Shown here: piece after piece, positions 1 to 9,171 of the stretch
Layout: every line of letters begins with the position of its first letter
Position numbering within the stretch: position 1 is the stretch's first letter
Virus record (IMG/VR): IMGVR_UViG_3300028379_000400
Location: 1 to 64,000 of that record
DNA: 64,000 nucleotides
DNA from: a virus
Taxonomy: Duplodnaviria; Heunggongvirae; Uroviricota; Caudoviricetes
Direction: 5' to 3' (one strand)
The notes under the pieces: generated by a model
Told to the model about the DNA's origin: nothing
What the model saw: the letters and a program-made list of their open reading frames with translations, nothing else
Database searches by the model: none
Position numbers and translations under genes: made by a program

Positions 1-477
1 TCATGTCGCGTCTTTCCTGAGATTATTGCGACTCCGCAGGGGCCGAGGCGCTTCCGGCCATGATCGTTTGCCGCCCACCTTGGCGCGCAGGTTCTTCGGC
101 TTGCGCGGCTTGGTCTCTTGCTTCCAAACCGGCTTGGGCTTGTCGTGCGGGAACCCGATGATCCCGTCGCGGATCAAGATCTCCCACGTCTCCTGCAGCC
201 CGCGGATGATGCAGGCCTGCAGCTCCTCGGTGGGGATTGTGCCCTTGACGAAGCCGACGTCGAGATAGTCGTGGCAGGCGTAGCAAGCGAAAACGCCCGA
301 ATGATCGCTGGCCTTGCGGCCCATGCCCTTATGGCGATCGCGGATGTGGGCGAACACCGTTGTCGCCGGATCGCCATTGCAGATGCCGCGCAGCCGCAAT
401 GTGCATGGCTGGCTGTTGGCATGCGACGTCACCTTGATCGACCGATAGGGCGGCTGGAAATCGGGTAGGGCGTTCAA
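1..477 (-). CDS. DUF1364/YbcO-like putative phage nuclease (zinc-binding)
   Basis: CxLRLRGICNGDPATTVFAHIR ... ACYACHD closely resembles E. coli DLP12 YbcO (CQVRIPGVCNGNPETSVLAHIR ... CSACHD); stop codon at 1-3. Confidence 0.6.
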   Translation of the reverse strand: MNALPDFQPPYRSIKVTSHANSQPCTLRLRGICNGDPATTVFAHIRDRHKGMGRKASDHSGVFACYACHDYLDVGFVKGTIPTEELQACIIRGLQETWEILIRDGIIGFPHDKPKPVWKQETKPRKPKNLRAKVGGKRSWPEAPRPLRSRNNLRKDAT

Positions 478-672
478 GCGATGCCCTCCGTGACGCGGAG
501 GATCTCGGCGGCCAGCAGCCGAGCGTGTCGAACGGACATCCCTACCAGCACTTCACTGCGGATATCGCCGTCTGCCAGGACGCGCTCGAACGACAGCGAA
601 ATGCCGGCTCCCGTCCCCTGCTTGACCGTAACCTTGGAGGTGCCGCCGGTGGGCGTGGCCATCGAGATCACC

Positions 673-1092
673 TCACCCATTGGCCAGCTCCAGCAGCACG
701 TCGCAGTGGCAGGCATCGGACGGTTTGCACCAACAAGCCAAGTTATGGCCCCGCAGCCGGTGCATGGCCTCAGCAGGATGCGTCCGGTGCATCTTTTCGT
801 TGAACCGCTTCGCCCACGCGTGGCCTGCCGGATGCATCTCCGGCGACAGCACACCGGAAACCATCGACTCATAGAGCCAGATCACCGTCTCGCGGCTCAT
901 CGAGGCGATCAGCGGCTTCGTGTCGCCGCCATCGTAGAACTGCCAGCCGCTTGGCTCGCCGATGACGAACGGGTTGCTCCACAGCGACGGCCTAGCGCAG
1001 TTGATGGCGCCGAGGCCATTGATCGCTCTGCTGTGCTCCTGCAGGTTAAAGCCGCGGCGCCGGGAGAGCTGGAGACGGACCGGCTGAATCAT
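673..1092 (-). CDS. DUF4326 domain protein
   Basis: C-terminal GHNLACWCKPSDACHCDVLLELAN motif typical of DUF4326. Confidence 0.5.
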   Translation of the reverse strand: MIQPVRLQLSRRRGFNLQEHSRAINGLGAINCARPSLWSNPFVIGEPSGWQFYDGGDTKPLIASMSRETVIWLYESMVSGVLSPEMHPAGHAWAKRFNEKMHRTHPAEAMHRLRGHNLACWCKPSDACHCDVLLELANG

Positions 1093-1838
1093 ACGGCGAC
1101 GTTCCGATCCTCAAGTGCCAGCCCTCGAGTCTCACCATCCTTGAAGCAGCAGGGATGCGCGCCCCAGATCCTGCCGTGCGGCGGGCCGCCCTCGAGGAAA
1201 TAGAGATGGCCGTCGAGCGTCCGCGCGAAGTCGGCGGTGAACTGGTTCTTCGACAGATCCATCTCGCTCTGCAGCGACGGCAGAAGGAGCGGCTTGGTCT
1301 GAGCGTTGATCAGCGCCTGTGTCATCGCTGCGACGCCGGCGAGGTCGATGTTGACATCCTTGTCGGCTGGCAGCGGCCGCTGGGGATAGTAGCTCGAGAT
1401 GCCGATCAGCACGTTGTCGCGAACGAACGCTCGATACTCGACGGGATAGCCGTCGACGGTCGCCAGATCGAGCCAGGGACGGATGTAGGCGGCAATGGTG
1501 GGGCGTGCGAAATCACCGATGATGTCGCCGGCGCGGAAATCATCGACGGAGAGATCCATCAACGATTCCGTCCATTGGTGATGGCCGTTGGAGAGGCGTT
1601 CCTTAACGAGCCCCATGGAACAGCAGGACCAACGGAGCATATGGTTGCTCCAGCAGGTCTCTTGCTGCTTCCGGACGGCCTGCCAGAAGCCGATAACGTC
1701 CGGTGTCGGGCTTTCGAAGTTCTCGACTTCGAGCGTCGAGACCCGCGCCACCTCGTCGGCCGGCACGAAAGGCACGCCGGCGCGCTGGCAGAGCTCGATC
1801 CAATCGCCGAGATCGACGGGATAAAATAGGTCGGTCAT
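1089..1838 (-). CDS. hypothetical protein, ATP-grasp-like signatures
   Basis: EYRAFVRDNVLIG and DGHLYFLEGGP resemble ATP-grasp E-x-R and D-x-x-Y-x-x-E-x-N segments; 4-nt overlap with neighbours. Confidence 0.4.
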   Translation of the reverse strand: MTDLFYPVDLGDWIELCQRAGVPFVPADEVARVSTLEVENFESPTPDVIGFWQAVRKQQETCWSNHMLRWSCCSMGLVKERLSNGHHQWTESLMDLSVDDFRAGDIIGDFARPTIAAYIRPWLDLATVDGYPVEYRAFVRDNVLIGISSYYPQRPLPADKDVNIDLAGVAAMTQALINAQTKPLLLPSLQSEMDLSKNQFTADFARTLDGHLYFLEGGPPHGRIWGAHPCCFKDGETRGLALEDRNVAV

Positions 1839-2242
1839 AGGCTGAACCTCTCGAAATGATGGTGATAGCTGGCGCGCGTGGTCGGGCGCCGCGTTTGCAG
1901 GTGATCCTGCAGCCCACCAAGCTCGCGCCGAGCCTCGTCAATGCAGCGCAGGAAGTATTGCTCCACCCATCCGTGGTCGAAGCACACGCGCTCGTGGCGT
2001 CCGACCAGTGTTTGGGCAACGCTGCGCGTGTCCGGTTTGCAAACGGTGGCCCGTACCGCGATGCCGCGTTCTTTCGCGCGCCGCTCGATGTCACCAGCCG
2101 CGCCCGCCGTGCTGCAGATGACGATGTCGCCCTCCTGCAGATTGTCGATGAGATGCTCGGTGCGGCCGGTGCTGCGGCTCGTCACCGTGAACATTTCGAA
2201 TGCAGCGCGCAGGGCAGCGCCGACGCCGTAATCTTCTCTCAT
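1835..2242 (-). CDS. hypothetical protein (135 aa)
   Basis: long ORF coupled by ATGA overlap in leftward operon. Confidence 0.4.
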   Translation of the reverse strand: MREDYGVGAALRAAFEMFTVTSRSTGRTEHLIDNLQEGDIVICSTAGAAGDIERRAKERGIAVRATVCKPDTRSVAQTLVGRHERVCFDHGWVEQYFLRCIDEARRELGGLQDHLQTRRPTTRASYHHHFERFSL

Positions 2243-2604
2243 GCCGCGGCCCTCGTCTCATGCCGGTAGCGCTGCGGCTTGGGCGCCTCGTACCAGAACG
2301 CCACGCGAGGCGGCTCTTCGAAGGCCACGATCGCTTCGGCGAAGTCGCCGGCGTATTTGCGCAGCGCCTTGCGAATGGTCTTGCCACTCTGCCGCGCGGT
2401 GTCGACGACCAACATGGCCCCGATGAAGGCAGGCAGCTCGGCGCCGTATGGGATGAACGGCACGCGCAGGATGTGCGACGCGTAGACGGCGGCTATGGCG
2501 CCGGAGCGTCCCGGGCCCGTCACGGCCCCGATGTGGCCCAGATCCGTCGACTCGAGCTTCGCCTTGAAGACTTGGCGGAATTCCTCTTCGGAAACGATCC
2601 TCAT
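2239..2604 (-). CDS. phosphoribosyltransferase-like (PRTase fold) protein
   Basis: internal Met with AGGAAGG RBS; LVVDTARQSGKTI resembles PRTase PRPP-binding loop. Confidence 0.45.
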   Translation of the reverse strand: MRIVSEEEFRQVFKAKLESTDLGHIGAVTGPGRSGAIAAVYASHILRVPFIPYGAELPAFIGAMLVVDTARQSGKTIRKALRKYAGDFAEAIVAFEEPPRVAFWYEAPKPQRYRHETRAAA

Positions 2605-2876
2605 AGGCCAGCCTTCCTTCGGTTGGCTGAAAGGATCTCGAATCCCTTTTCGACCTCCTCGGTTACGTGTTCGCCAAGGCCCTTGGCCAGTTCGATGGCA
2701 TTCGATTTCGTGAGTTCCGGGTCGCACGTGAAGAGCGTGGCGGCCGCGACCAGGGCATTGTACCCGTCATCCTCGCCGGCCTTCAGCAGTATCATCGCGA
2801 CGCGGTTGGCGAGCTTGCGCACACGTTTGTCGCTGGCCGCCCTGAACCGTTCGAGTTCTTTCGCGAGATCGGTCAT
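2601..2876 (-). CDS. hypothetical protein (92 aa)
   Basis: ORF from MTDLAKEL..., operon context. Confidence 0.4.
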   Translation of the reverse strand: MTDLAKELERFRAASDKRVRKLANRVAMILLKAGEDDGYNALVAAATLFTCDPELTKSNAIELAKGLGEHVTEEVEKGFEILSANRRKAGL

Positions 2877-3208
2877 GGCTTTGCCACCCCCAGCCCATGG
2901 AATGCGATTGCCCGCATATCCTCGAGATGCCTGTCCTTGGCTTTGCCCGTCGGCTCGCTGTCGACAAACCCTGTAGGGCGCAGCCCTGCGCCCCATGCAC
3001 AATCGAGTGCATTCTGCAGGAAGTCTGTGCCACCAAACGCGGCGCTCAGCGTCGGTTCAATAACGACGCCCTCGGCCTTTTTCTTGAAGTTGATGCCGGT
3101 CGCGACGGTCCCGTCGAATTCGATCAGAACATCGTGCCCGCGTTGGAGCACGTCGTAGCGAGCGACCAACGAAAAGCCGACGCCATTGCGCTTGCCCATG
3201 GATGTCAT
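2873..3208 (-). CDS. hypothetical protein (about 112 aa)
   Basis: ORF from MTSMGKRNG..., start overlaps upstream stop. Confidence 0.35.
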   Translation of the reverse strand: MTSMGKRNGVGFSLVARYDVLQRGHDVLIEFDGTVATGINFKKKAEGVVIEPTLSAAFGGTDFLQNALDCAWGAGLRPTGFVDSEPTGKAKDRHLEDMRAIAFHGLGVAKP

Positions 3209-3654
3209 ACGACCGGGTCCTTCCGGTAGGTGACGCTCTCCGGCACGAAGCCAAGGCTTTCGTAAAGCCGCGCAGCATCGGTGTTGGTCACCAGCACGCC
3301 GAGGTTGATCGGCAATTCGGCGCGCGCCGCCGCAGCGATGACGGCAGAGACGAGATGGCTGCCGATCGTCTGCCGGCGGCACTCCGGCACAACCCAAAGC
3401 ATGTTGAGCCAGAGGAAATTGGTGTCGTCCGGCCGATAGTAGGTGGCGATGCCGATGATCTTGCCCGCGGCGTCATAAGCAACAGCGGCTTGTTCGGTGC
3501 CCGTGGGCTCGGAGAACTCGGGAAGGAACGCGCCTTCTTCGATGCCGGCACGGATGGCGCGCCGGGCAAACTCCATGGAGTCAGCGTCCTTCTCCATGCA
3601 TGTGACGGTGTCGAGGCCAAAGTAAATCTTGGCGGAATGCGGCTTCATTTTCAT
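3205..3654 (-). CDS. GNAT family N-acetyltransferase
   Basis: RRQTIGSHLVSAVIAAA ... LVTNTDAARLYESLGF = GNAT acetyl-CoA binding motifs A/B. Confidence 0.75.
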   Translation of the reverse strand: MKMKPHSAKIYFGLDTVTCMEKDADSMEFARRAIRAGIEEGAFLPEFSEPTGTEQAAVAYDAAGKIIGIATYYRPDDTNFLWLNMLWVVPECRRQTIGSHLVSAVIAAAARAELPINLGVLVTNTDAARLYESLGFVPESVTYRKDPVV

Positions 3655-4550
3655 GCTGCGATCCTCGATTGACGGATCTTGGGGAATCCGTTGTGCTCGA
3701 TGCCGTCGAGAAGGCGGCCAGCCGTCTTCTTCCCGACGCGTTCGACGTTGTAGCCAGGGCCGTTCGCGTTGGCGTTGCCGTGATGGCTGCCATCGTGGTC
3801 GACAGTGCCGTCGCCCCAGACAACGGTCGGCGTGCTACGGCGCGCCGGCAGCCATTCGCCCCATTGTTTGAAGAGGAAGGGCGTGCCGTTGGCTGCGCAT
3901 TGATCGCGTAGGCTGGTGAACCAGTGCGGATGCGACGGACGAGCCTCGGCGCCGCTCTCACCGCCGGCAATGATCCAGTCGAGACGTACCTCGCCGATCT
4001 TTATCGGGCCTAACATCGGCTCGATGCTGAGTCCGACCCACGGAATGCCGTAGTTCCAGTTGGTCGCGAGGAGCTTCGGAACATCGCGGTCAAACTCCGC
4101 CTGATTGACGACGGTAGCCATCAGCCCGACGTGGCGCGGCCACAGGCCATGTGCCCAATGAACCGGCACCATCTTGGGGACGTTGCCGATGCGCTTGGTC
4201 AGAAGCTGGATCTCGAGGTCGGGCGCCTCCTCGATCTCGGCAAACATCTCGACGCGCCAGGCCTGCTCGACCTCATTGTCGAACGTGTCCGACATCGACT
4301 GCATGAAGACGCGGCGGCGCCGGCCATGCTCGGCGAAGAATTCGGGCGCCTGGCGTTGCAGCTTCCGGATGAGCGCGGCCGCCCCTTTGATCGGGCGCCG
4401 CGGCGCGCCGGTGCCCCACATCTTATTGCCGCGGAAGTTGTTCCAGGTCTCGGCATAGCAATGATCGCAGCCGGGCCCGACCTTGGTGCAGCCCCACCAG
4501 AAATTGACGGTGGCGTCGGTCCATTGGATGGCGGAGGTCTCAGCCATCAC
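3651..4550 (-). CDS. phage Gp37/Gp68 family protein
   Basis: N-terminus IQWTDATVNFWWGCTKVGPGCDHCYAE is the hallmark of PF07505. Confidence 0.8.
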   Translation of the reverse strand: MMAETSAIQWTDATVNFWWGCTKVGPGCDHCYAETWNNFRGNKMWGTGAPRRPIKGAAALIRKLQRQAPEFFAEHGRRRRVFMQSMSDTFDNEVEQAWRVEMFAEIEEAPDLEIQLLTKRIGNVPKMVPVHWAHGLWPRHVGLMATVVNQAEFDRDVPKLLATNWNYGIPWVGLSIEPMLGPIKIGEVRLDWIIAGGESGAEARPSHPHWFTSLRDQCAANGTPFLFKQWGEWLPARRSTPTVVWGDGTVDHDGSHHGNANANGPGYNVERVGKKTAGRLLDGIEHNGFPKIRQSRIAA

Positions 4551-4708
4551 GCACCTCCGATGAAAATGCCGGCAACGAAGAAGATGGCAGTAACTATCCA
4601 GGCGAAGACCGCGGCAGGACCGGCTTCGCCGCTGTCGTCGTCAAAGCTTTTCTCTGTGAGCCAAAAGCCGAGCGTCATGAACGTGATTGCGCCTGCGACC
4701 GCGAACAT
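4547..4708 (-). CDS. small membrane protein
   Basis: two hydrophobic helices (MFAVAGAITFMTLGFWL, AAVFAWIVTAIFFVAGIFIGGA). Confidence 0.35.
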   Translation of the reverse strand: MFAVAGAITFMTLGFWLTEKSFDDDSGEAGPAAVFAWIVTAIFFVAGIFIGGA

Positions 4709-4712
4709 CCAG

Positions 4713-4994
4713 CTATGCACTGGCGCCTCCCGTGGCCGGCTTCTTTGCGGTCGTCGACCGCATCGCCGTCTCAATGGCGTTCATGACTTCGGCGAGGGTC
4801 TTGCGCCGCGATTTCCGATCCGGAACGCTGGCGATCGACACGCCTAACCTGCTGGCGAGAGCGAGGAGGATGGCGCTGTTCTCCAGCGTCTGTCCCTTCG
4901 CGCTGACTCGCAGGCAGATATCGTCGATCGCCTTGTAGATTGCGACGTCGAGAAGCTGGGCCTGTTCCCAGCCAACGTCGTTGGTGCTCACCAT
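4713..4994 (-). CDS. hypothetical protein (93 aa)
   Basis: ORF in operon. Confidence 0.35.
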   Translation of the reverse strand: MVSTNDVGWEQAQLLDVAIYKAIDDICLRVSAKGQTLENSAILLALASRLGVSIASVPDRKSRRKTLAEVMNAIETAMRSTTAKKPATGGASA

Positions 4995-5581
4995 GGGCCG
5001 ATTTCCTTGTAAGCCGCATCCCGTGCGGCATTGAGTTCTGCCATCGCGGCCTGAGAACCGCCGGGCTTGTCGGGGTGACGCTCTTGAGCGAGACGGCGAT
5101 AGCTATCGTCGATCATCACCTTGGTCGGCGACGCGACCTGGTTGATCTCGAGGATGTATCGCCAGTGCTTCTTGTAGGCAGGTGGCGGCAGGGCAACGAA
5201 GCCTTTATAGGCTGCGCGCACGATCGCCAGCGACCCGTGACGAAGCTTGGTGCGGTCGGCCTCAAGGATGTGGTGGATGGCCTGCAGGTTGGCTTCGACC
5301 TTGGCGTATCGGTCGACCGCGATGCAGCGCTGCGCGCCGTCCCAAACGAACCAAAGTGCGACGCCCGGGTCGATCACTTTGGAGTCGAGGCCGCCAACGT
5401 TCGAGGAGAAGACGATCTCGGTTTCCTTGATCGGAAGGTTGCTGTCATGGCCGAACAACAGCAGCGACTTCTTCGCGTTGGCCAAGGCGGGGCGCAATTC
5501 GGTGCGGAACTGGCCGGTCTCGCGCGCGCCCTTGTGGCGCGGCAATTCCTCTGGCCACGCCAGCGGGTACGGTACGGTCAT
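4988..5581 (-). CDS. J-domain (DnaJ-like) protein
   Basis: C-terminal SYRRLAQERHPDKPGGSQAAMAELNAARDAAY with HPD tripeptide; AAGGAGAA RBS before MTVPYPL start. Confidence 0.65.
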   Translation of the reverse strand: MTVPYPLAWPEELPRHKGARETGQFRTELRPALANAKKSLLLFGHDSNLPIKETEIVFSSNVGGLDSKVIDPGVALWFVWDGAQRCIAVDRYAKVEANLQAIHHILEADRTKLRHGSLAIVRAAYKGFVALPPPAYKKHWRYILEINQVASPTKVMIDDSYRRLAQERHPDKPGGSQAAMAELNAARDAAYKEIGPW

Positions 5582-5600
5582 CGAATTCTCCTTGGGGGTA

Positions 5601-5623
5601 GGGCTCCCCAGCACGGGGAGCCC
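5601..5623. other. perfect 9-bp inverted repeat hairpin (GGGCTCCCC-AGCAC-GGGGAGCCC), intercistronic
   Basis: between SPFH stop (5635) and J-protein start (5581); no U-tract follows. Confidence 0.4.
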
Positions 5624-5634
5624 CTGTGCGCTTG

Positions 5635-6570
5635 TCAGCCGGCGGGCGAAGGCTGCGGCTTGACGTCGATGAAGGGCACGGCGCTGCCGGGGATCATCGT
5701 GGTGGGCAGGACGCCGTTCCAGCTTTCCGCCTTGGTCAGTTCGATCAGGCTTGGATTGTTGGCGAGCGCCGCTGCCTTCGCCTTGATCACTTCGGCTTCG
5801 GCATCGCCCTTGGCCTTGATCGCCGCTGCCTGCGCCTCGCCCTGAAGCTGTGTCGCCTTCGCTGCGTTGGTGGCAACGGCGAGCTGGCTGTCAGCCTGTG
5901 CCTGTGCCTGCGTCACGACGATCTTGGCCTTGATCACTTCCTGGTCGTAGATCTGGCCCTGTTCTTGGACCTTCACGGTCGCCTGCTGCTTGGCCGCGAT
6001 CGCCGCCTCGTAGTCGGCCGAGAACTTGATGTCCTTGACCTGGACGCTCTCGACCACAACCGGCTCCGACTTCAGTGCGTCCTGCAGGGCGGTAAGCACG
6101 TCAGCGCCGAGCTTCGCGCGGCTCTGAATGGCGGTCTGTGCGTCGACAGTGCCGAAGACATTCTTGAAGATGGCGGGGACCGACTGGTAGACCGTGCGAT
6201 ATACCATGGCGTCGAGCGTGCCGTACTCACCGTAGACCTGCGTCACCCGATCCGGCGCCACGTGGTAGCTCACCGAAAGCTGGATGTCGGCTGGCTGCTG
6301 GTCGCGGGAATACGCCTCGAACTTGGCGACGCCGTAGTCGGTATTGGGGAATTCGGCGAAGTGGCTCTGCGTCGAGATCATTACGACCGACTGTGCGAGC
6401 GGCATCTTCATGTGCGGGCCCGGGTCTGAGGTGCCCGTCACCTTACCGAAGGTGAGGACAACGGCCTGCTCTCCCTGGTCGACGGTGTAGAGAGGGCCGA
6501 ACATGAGGAACGCAAGAAAGAAAACCACGATCGCGCCGGCGATGACGCCGAGCTTTGTCAGAAAGTTCAT
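5635..6570 (-). CDS. SPFH/band-7 (prohibitin/HflK-like) membrane protein
   Basis: N-terminal TM helix then band-7 domain; coiled-coil Ala/Gln-rich C-terminus. Confidence 0.8.
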   Translation of the reverse strand: MNFLTKLGVIAGAIVVFFLAFLMFGPLYTVDQGEQAVVLTFGKVTGTSDPGPHMKMPLAQSVVMISTQSHFAEFPNTDYGVAKFEAYSRDQQPADIQLSVSYHVAPDRVTQVYGEYGTLDAMVYRTVYQSVPAIFKNVFGTVDAQTAIQSRAKLGADVLTALQDALKSEPVVVESVQVKDIKFSADYEAAIAAKQQATVKVQEQGQIYDQEVIKAKIVVTQAQAQADSQLAVATNAAKATQLQGEAQAAAIKAKGDAEAEVIKAKAAALANNPSLIELTKAESWNGVLPTTMIPGSAVPFIDVKPQPSPAG

Positions 6571-6677
6571 TTGCTGTTTTTGTCCTTGATTTTGACATTG
6601 TCGAAGATCCAACCGACCCCGAGGGCAAGCAGCCCGGCGAAGACGATGGCCCCGATGATTTCGAGAACTGCGCCCAT
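6567..6677 (-). CDS. 36-aa single-TM peptide (MGAVLEIIGAIVFAGLLALGVGWIFDNVKIKDKNSK)
   Basis: found by reading minus strand; TGATG-type overlap with SPFH start; not in ORF track (<60 aa). Confidence 0.35.
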   Translation of the reverse strand: MGAVLEIIGAIVFAGLLALGVGWIFDNVKIKDKNSK

Positions 6678-6680
6678 GGC

Positions 6681-6830
6681 TTAGGAGGGCATCAGGTGGA
6701 CGTAGACCGTGGCGGCCACGGCGATGATCGCGACGGCTGCGAGCACGGACCAGCCGGTCACAGCCCAGCTCGGTTCCTTGCGGTGCGGGTAGCCGGTAAA
6801 CCCACCGCGATCGCGGGTAGGTGGATGCAT
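6681..6830 (-). CDS. 49-aa membrane protein
   Basis: start MHPPTRDRGG... preceded by the conserved hairpin + GGAGTCCCAAATG leader. Confidence 0.4.
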   Translation of the reverse strand: MHPPTRDRGGFTGYPHRKEPSWAVTGWSVLAAVAIIAVAATVYVHLMPS

Positions 6831-6890
6831 TTGGGACTCCTCCCGGCCGAAGCCGGATATGGGCACAATGCCCTGGTGGCAGCCGGTCGC

Positions 6891-7682
6891 TTATGCGGCG
6901 GCTTTGGCCATGACTTGCCGGGCGGCGACGAGCGCGTCGTCCAGCGTGTTGAAGTGGTTGATGCGGTGGTCATGGGCGACGGTGAATTCGCCAATGCCGA
7001 TGGCATAGACAGGGACGCCTACCGCGAGTGCGGCCCCGACCTCTATCCACGCGCCCTTCAGGTTTTCTTCCGGTTCGCGGTAGACGATTACGATGCTGGC
7101 GCTTGTTGCCTCAGCAATGCAGCGCTGCCAGAGATCGTCGAGATTCTTGCTTTCCCCACTCCCGGCCTCGTCGATCCAGGTTGACGTGATCGGCAGGCCG
7201 GCGGCGCGCAGCGTCTTCCAGCGGTCGGCATGCGCTACTTTGCTGGCAATGTAGATGCCATTGCGCTCTGCGCGGGTGCGGGCATCCATGGCATCGGCAT
7301 ATGCTGCGCGCTTGACAACATGCTGGGTTGTGAGTGCGAGAGCATCGATCTCGTGGCTCTTGCGGAAGATCCTACCGCCTAACTCGCGCGTCCAGGCATT
7401 CCGATACATCTCAAAGGAGTCACGCCAAGAGGCTGCATCCCGTTGCGCGACGCCGAGGGCCTTTTGAAGCTCAGCAACCTTCCCGCCGCCATCGGGCGCG
7501 ATGACGTCCCAAAGCTTCGCGGTTCGTTCCTCGTTCGCATTGAGAAACCAGCGACACGGATCGCGGCTGAAGTCTGCCCAGCCGCCGCCGTCGCCGGACT
7601 CGAGGACGCCGGCGTCGATCAGCTCGGCATTGGTGACGTTGCGCAGCGCCTTGATGGCGTGTTCGAATTCCTCTCTGGTCAT
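6891..7682 (-). CDS. hypothetical protein; C-terminus nucleoside 2-deoxyribosyltransferase-like
   Basis: ASIVIVYREPEENLKGAWIEVGAALAVGVPVYAI resembles NDT-like Rossmann motif. Confidence 0.4.
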   Translation of the reverse strand: MTREEFEHAIKALRNVTNAELIDAGVLESGDGGGWADFSRDPCRWFLNANEERTAKLWDVIAPDGGGKVAELQKALGVAQRDAASWRDSFEMYRNAWTRELGGRIFRKSHEIDALALTTQHVVKRAAYADAMDARTRAERNGIYIASKVAHADRWKTLRAAGLPITSTWIDEAGSGESKNLDDLWQRCIAEATSASIVIVYREPEENLKGAWIEVGAALAVGVPVYAIGIGEFTVAHDHRINHFNTLDDALVAARQVMAKAAA

Positions 7683-8059
7683 GCCAGGCCTAAGCTCCGT
7701 TCAATTGCGGCGCGCTTGCAGCGCCTGAATAGGCGGTGTTGCGCCGCCCACGCGCCATCGGTGTTGAGCCGCTCGGCGCGCCGGCGCGCTCGGTTGCGTA
7801 GCGCCCGCATAGCCGGCGGCACGAGCCGCCAATGATCGGCGCAAACCCATTCCATCCTGCGGGAAAGAGGGTCGCCTTTGCGGTTGCCTCTCGTGTGGTC
7901 GCAGCCCGGAACGCAGCATTGGATGGCGAACACCCAACCGCAGCATTCGCAGTAAGCGACATCGCCGTCGTATCGGGTGGACGGCTGCGCGCAGAACCCG
8001 ACTGGACCGTTGATCCCGCCGTGCCCAGCCCCATAGGAGTCGAGGTAGCGCCGGGTCAT
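7679..8059 (-). CDS. Cys-rich hypothetical protein (126 aa)
   Basis: CECCGW ... CCVPGCDH cluster; operon-coupled. Confidence 0.4.
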   Translation of the reverse strand: MTRRYLDSYGAGHGGINGPVGFCAQPSTRYDGDVAYCECCGWVFAIQCCVPGCDHTRGNRKGDPLSRRMEWVCADHWRLVPPAMRALRNRARRRAERLNTDGAWAAQHRLFRRCKRAAIERSLGLA

Positions 8060-9171
8060 CGGGCCACCGTGATACGCTCGGCGGCGCGGGTCACGCCGGT
8101 ATAGAGCCAGCGCGCCGCGTCCTCCCTGAAGACGAAGCTCTCATCGAAGAGATAGACGTTGTCCCATTGGCTGCCCTGCGCCTTATGGGTCGTGACGCAA
8201 TAGCCGTAGGTGAACTCGTCGAAGACCCGGCGCTCGTTCCAATCCTTGAACTCGTCTTCCTTGCCATCAAAGAAGCGCTGGTGGGTTGTCACCTTGACGT
8301 CGAGATTGGTGCGGTTCCCGGCATCGTCAGGGTCAAGAAGCATCGTGATGCCGCCAGGCGTCCGCTTCGAAGCGCGCACCTCCTTCGTGAACCACATCTG
8401 GCCGTTCAAAAGGTGTTTCTGGTGGTTGTTCCGGAGGCAGATCACGCGCTCGCCGACGATCGGCAGCGTCGAGTCGATATCCTTGAGCTCACGCATGCGG
8501 CGGTTGTAATTTGTCCGCGTCGCGTTCTTCCCGACGATCAGTTGGTCGGCGCCGAGAATGTCGGCCGCCTCGACGTCGCGCCGGCTGATGACGCGGCTGT
8601 CCCCATAGGTCCCGTAGGCCAGGCCTTCGCCATTGCGGATATCCATCGACATCCGGATGATCGGGTTGTCAGCGGCCTGCCGGTGGATCTCCGTCAGCAT
8701 GATATCGGGCTCGGCGTTGGTGAAAAACCCCTCGCCGTCTTTGGCCCGCACCGGCGGTAGCTGGAACGGATCGCCGAGAACGAGGATTTTGGTGCCGAAC
8801 GACATCAGGTCGCGGCCCAACCGCTCGTCGACCATCGAGACTTCGTCGATCACCACCAGGTCGGCGTAGCGAACGGCGGAATCCTCATTGAGCTGGAACT
8901 TCGGCTCACCGGCCTCTTCCTTGACGATCGAGTAGATCAGGCTGTGGATGGTGGATGCACCAGTGCAGCCGCGCTTCCGCATAACCAGCGATGCCTTGCC
9001 AGTGAAGGCGCCGTAGCAGACTTTCTTGACGTCCTGCGCCAAGTGGACAGCCAGCGTCGACTTGCCGGTGCCTGCCCAGCCGAACAGCCGGAAAACCTGC
9101 GGCGCTGCCGGGTCGCGCAGCCAAGCCGAGACCGCCTTCAGCGCGGCATCCTGTTGCGGTGACCATTCCAT
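8056..9171 (-). CDS. PIF1/RecD-like SF1 helicase
   Basis: Walker A GWAGTGKST, Walker B LVVIDEVSMVD, ILVLGDPFQLPPV. Confidence 0.75.
   Translation of the reverse strand: MEWSPQQDAALKAVSAWLRDPAAPQVFRLFGWAGTGKSTLAVHLAQDVKKVCYGAFTGKASLVMRKRGCTGASTIHSLIYSIVKEEAGEPKFQLNEDSAVRYADLVVIDEVSMVDERLGRDLMSFGTKILVLGDPFQLPPVRAKDGEGFFTNAEPDIMLTEIHRQAADNPIIRMSMDIRNGEGLAYGTYGDSRVISRRDVEAADILGADQLIVGKNATRTNYNRRMRELKDIDSTLPIVGERVICLRNNHQKHLLNGQMWFTKEVRASKRTPGGITMLLDPDDAGNRTNLDVKVTTHQRFFDGKEDEFKDWNERRVFDEFTYGYCVTTHKAQGSQWDNVYLFDESFVFREDAARWLYTGVTRAAERITVAR

Noticed and set aside
481-1203. 240-aa plus-strand ORF
   Set aside because: Antisense to two well-supported minus-strand genes (DUF1364 and DUF4326). Low-complexity Arg/Pro/Ser composition.
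5626-6429. 267-aa plus-strand ORF
   Set aside because: Entirely antisense to the SPFH gene. Arg/Leu/Gly-rich GC-frame artefact.
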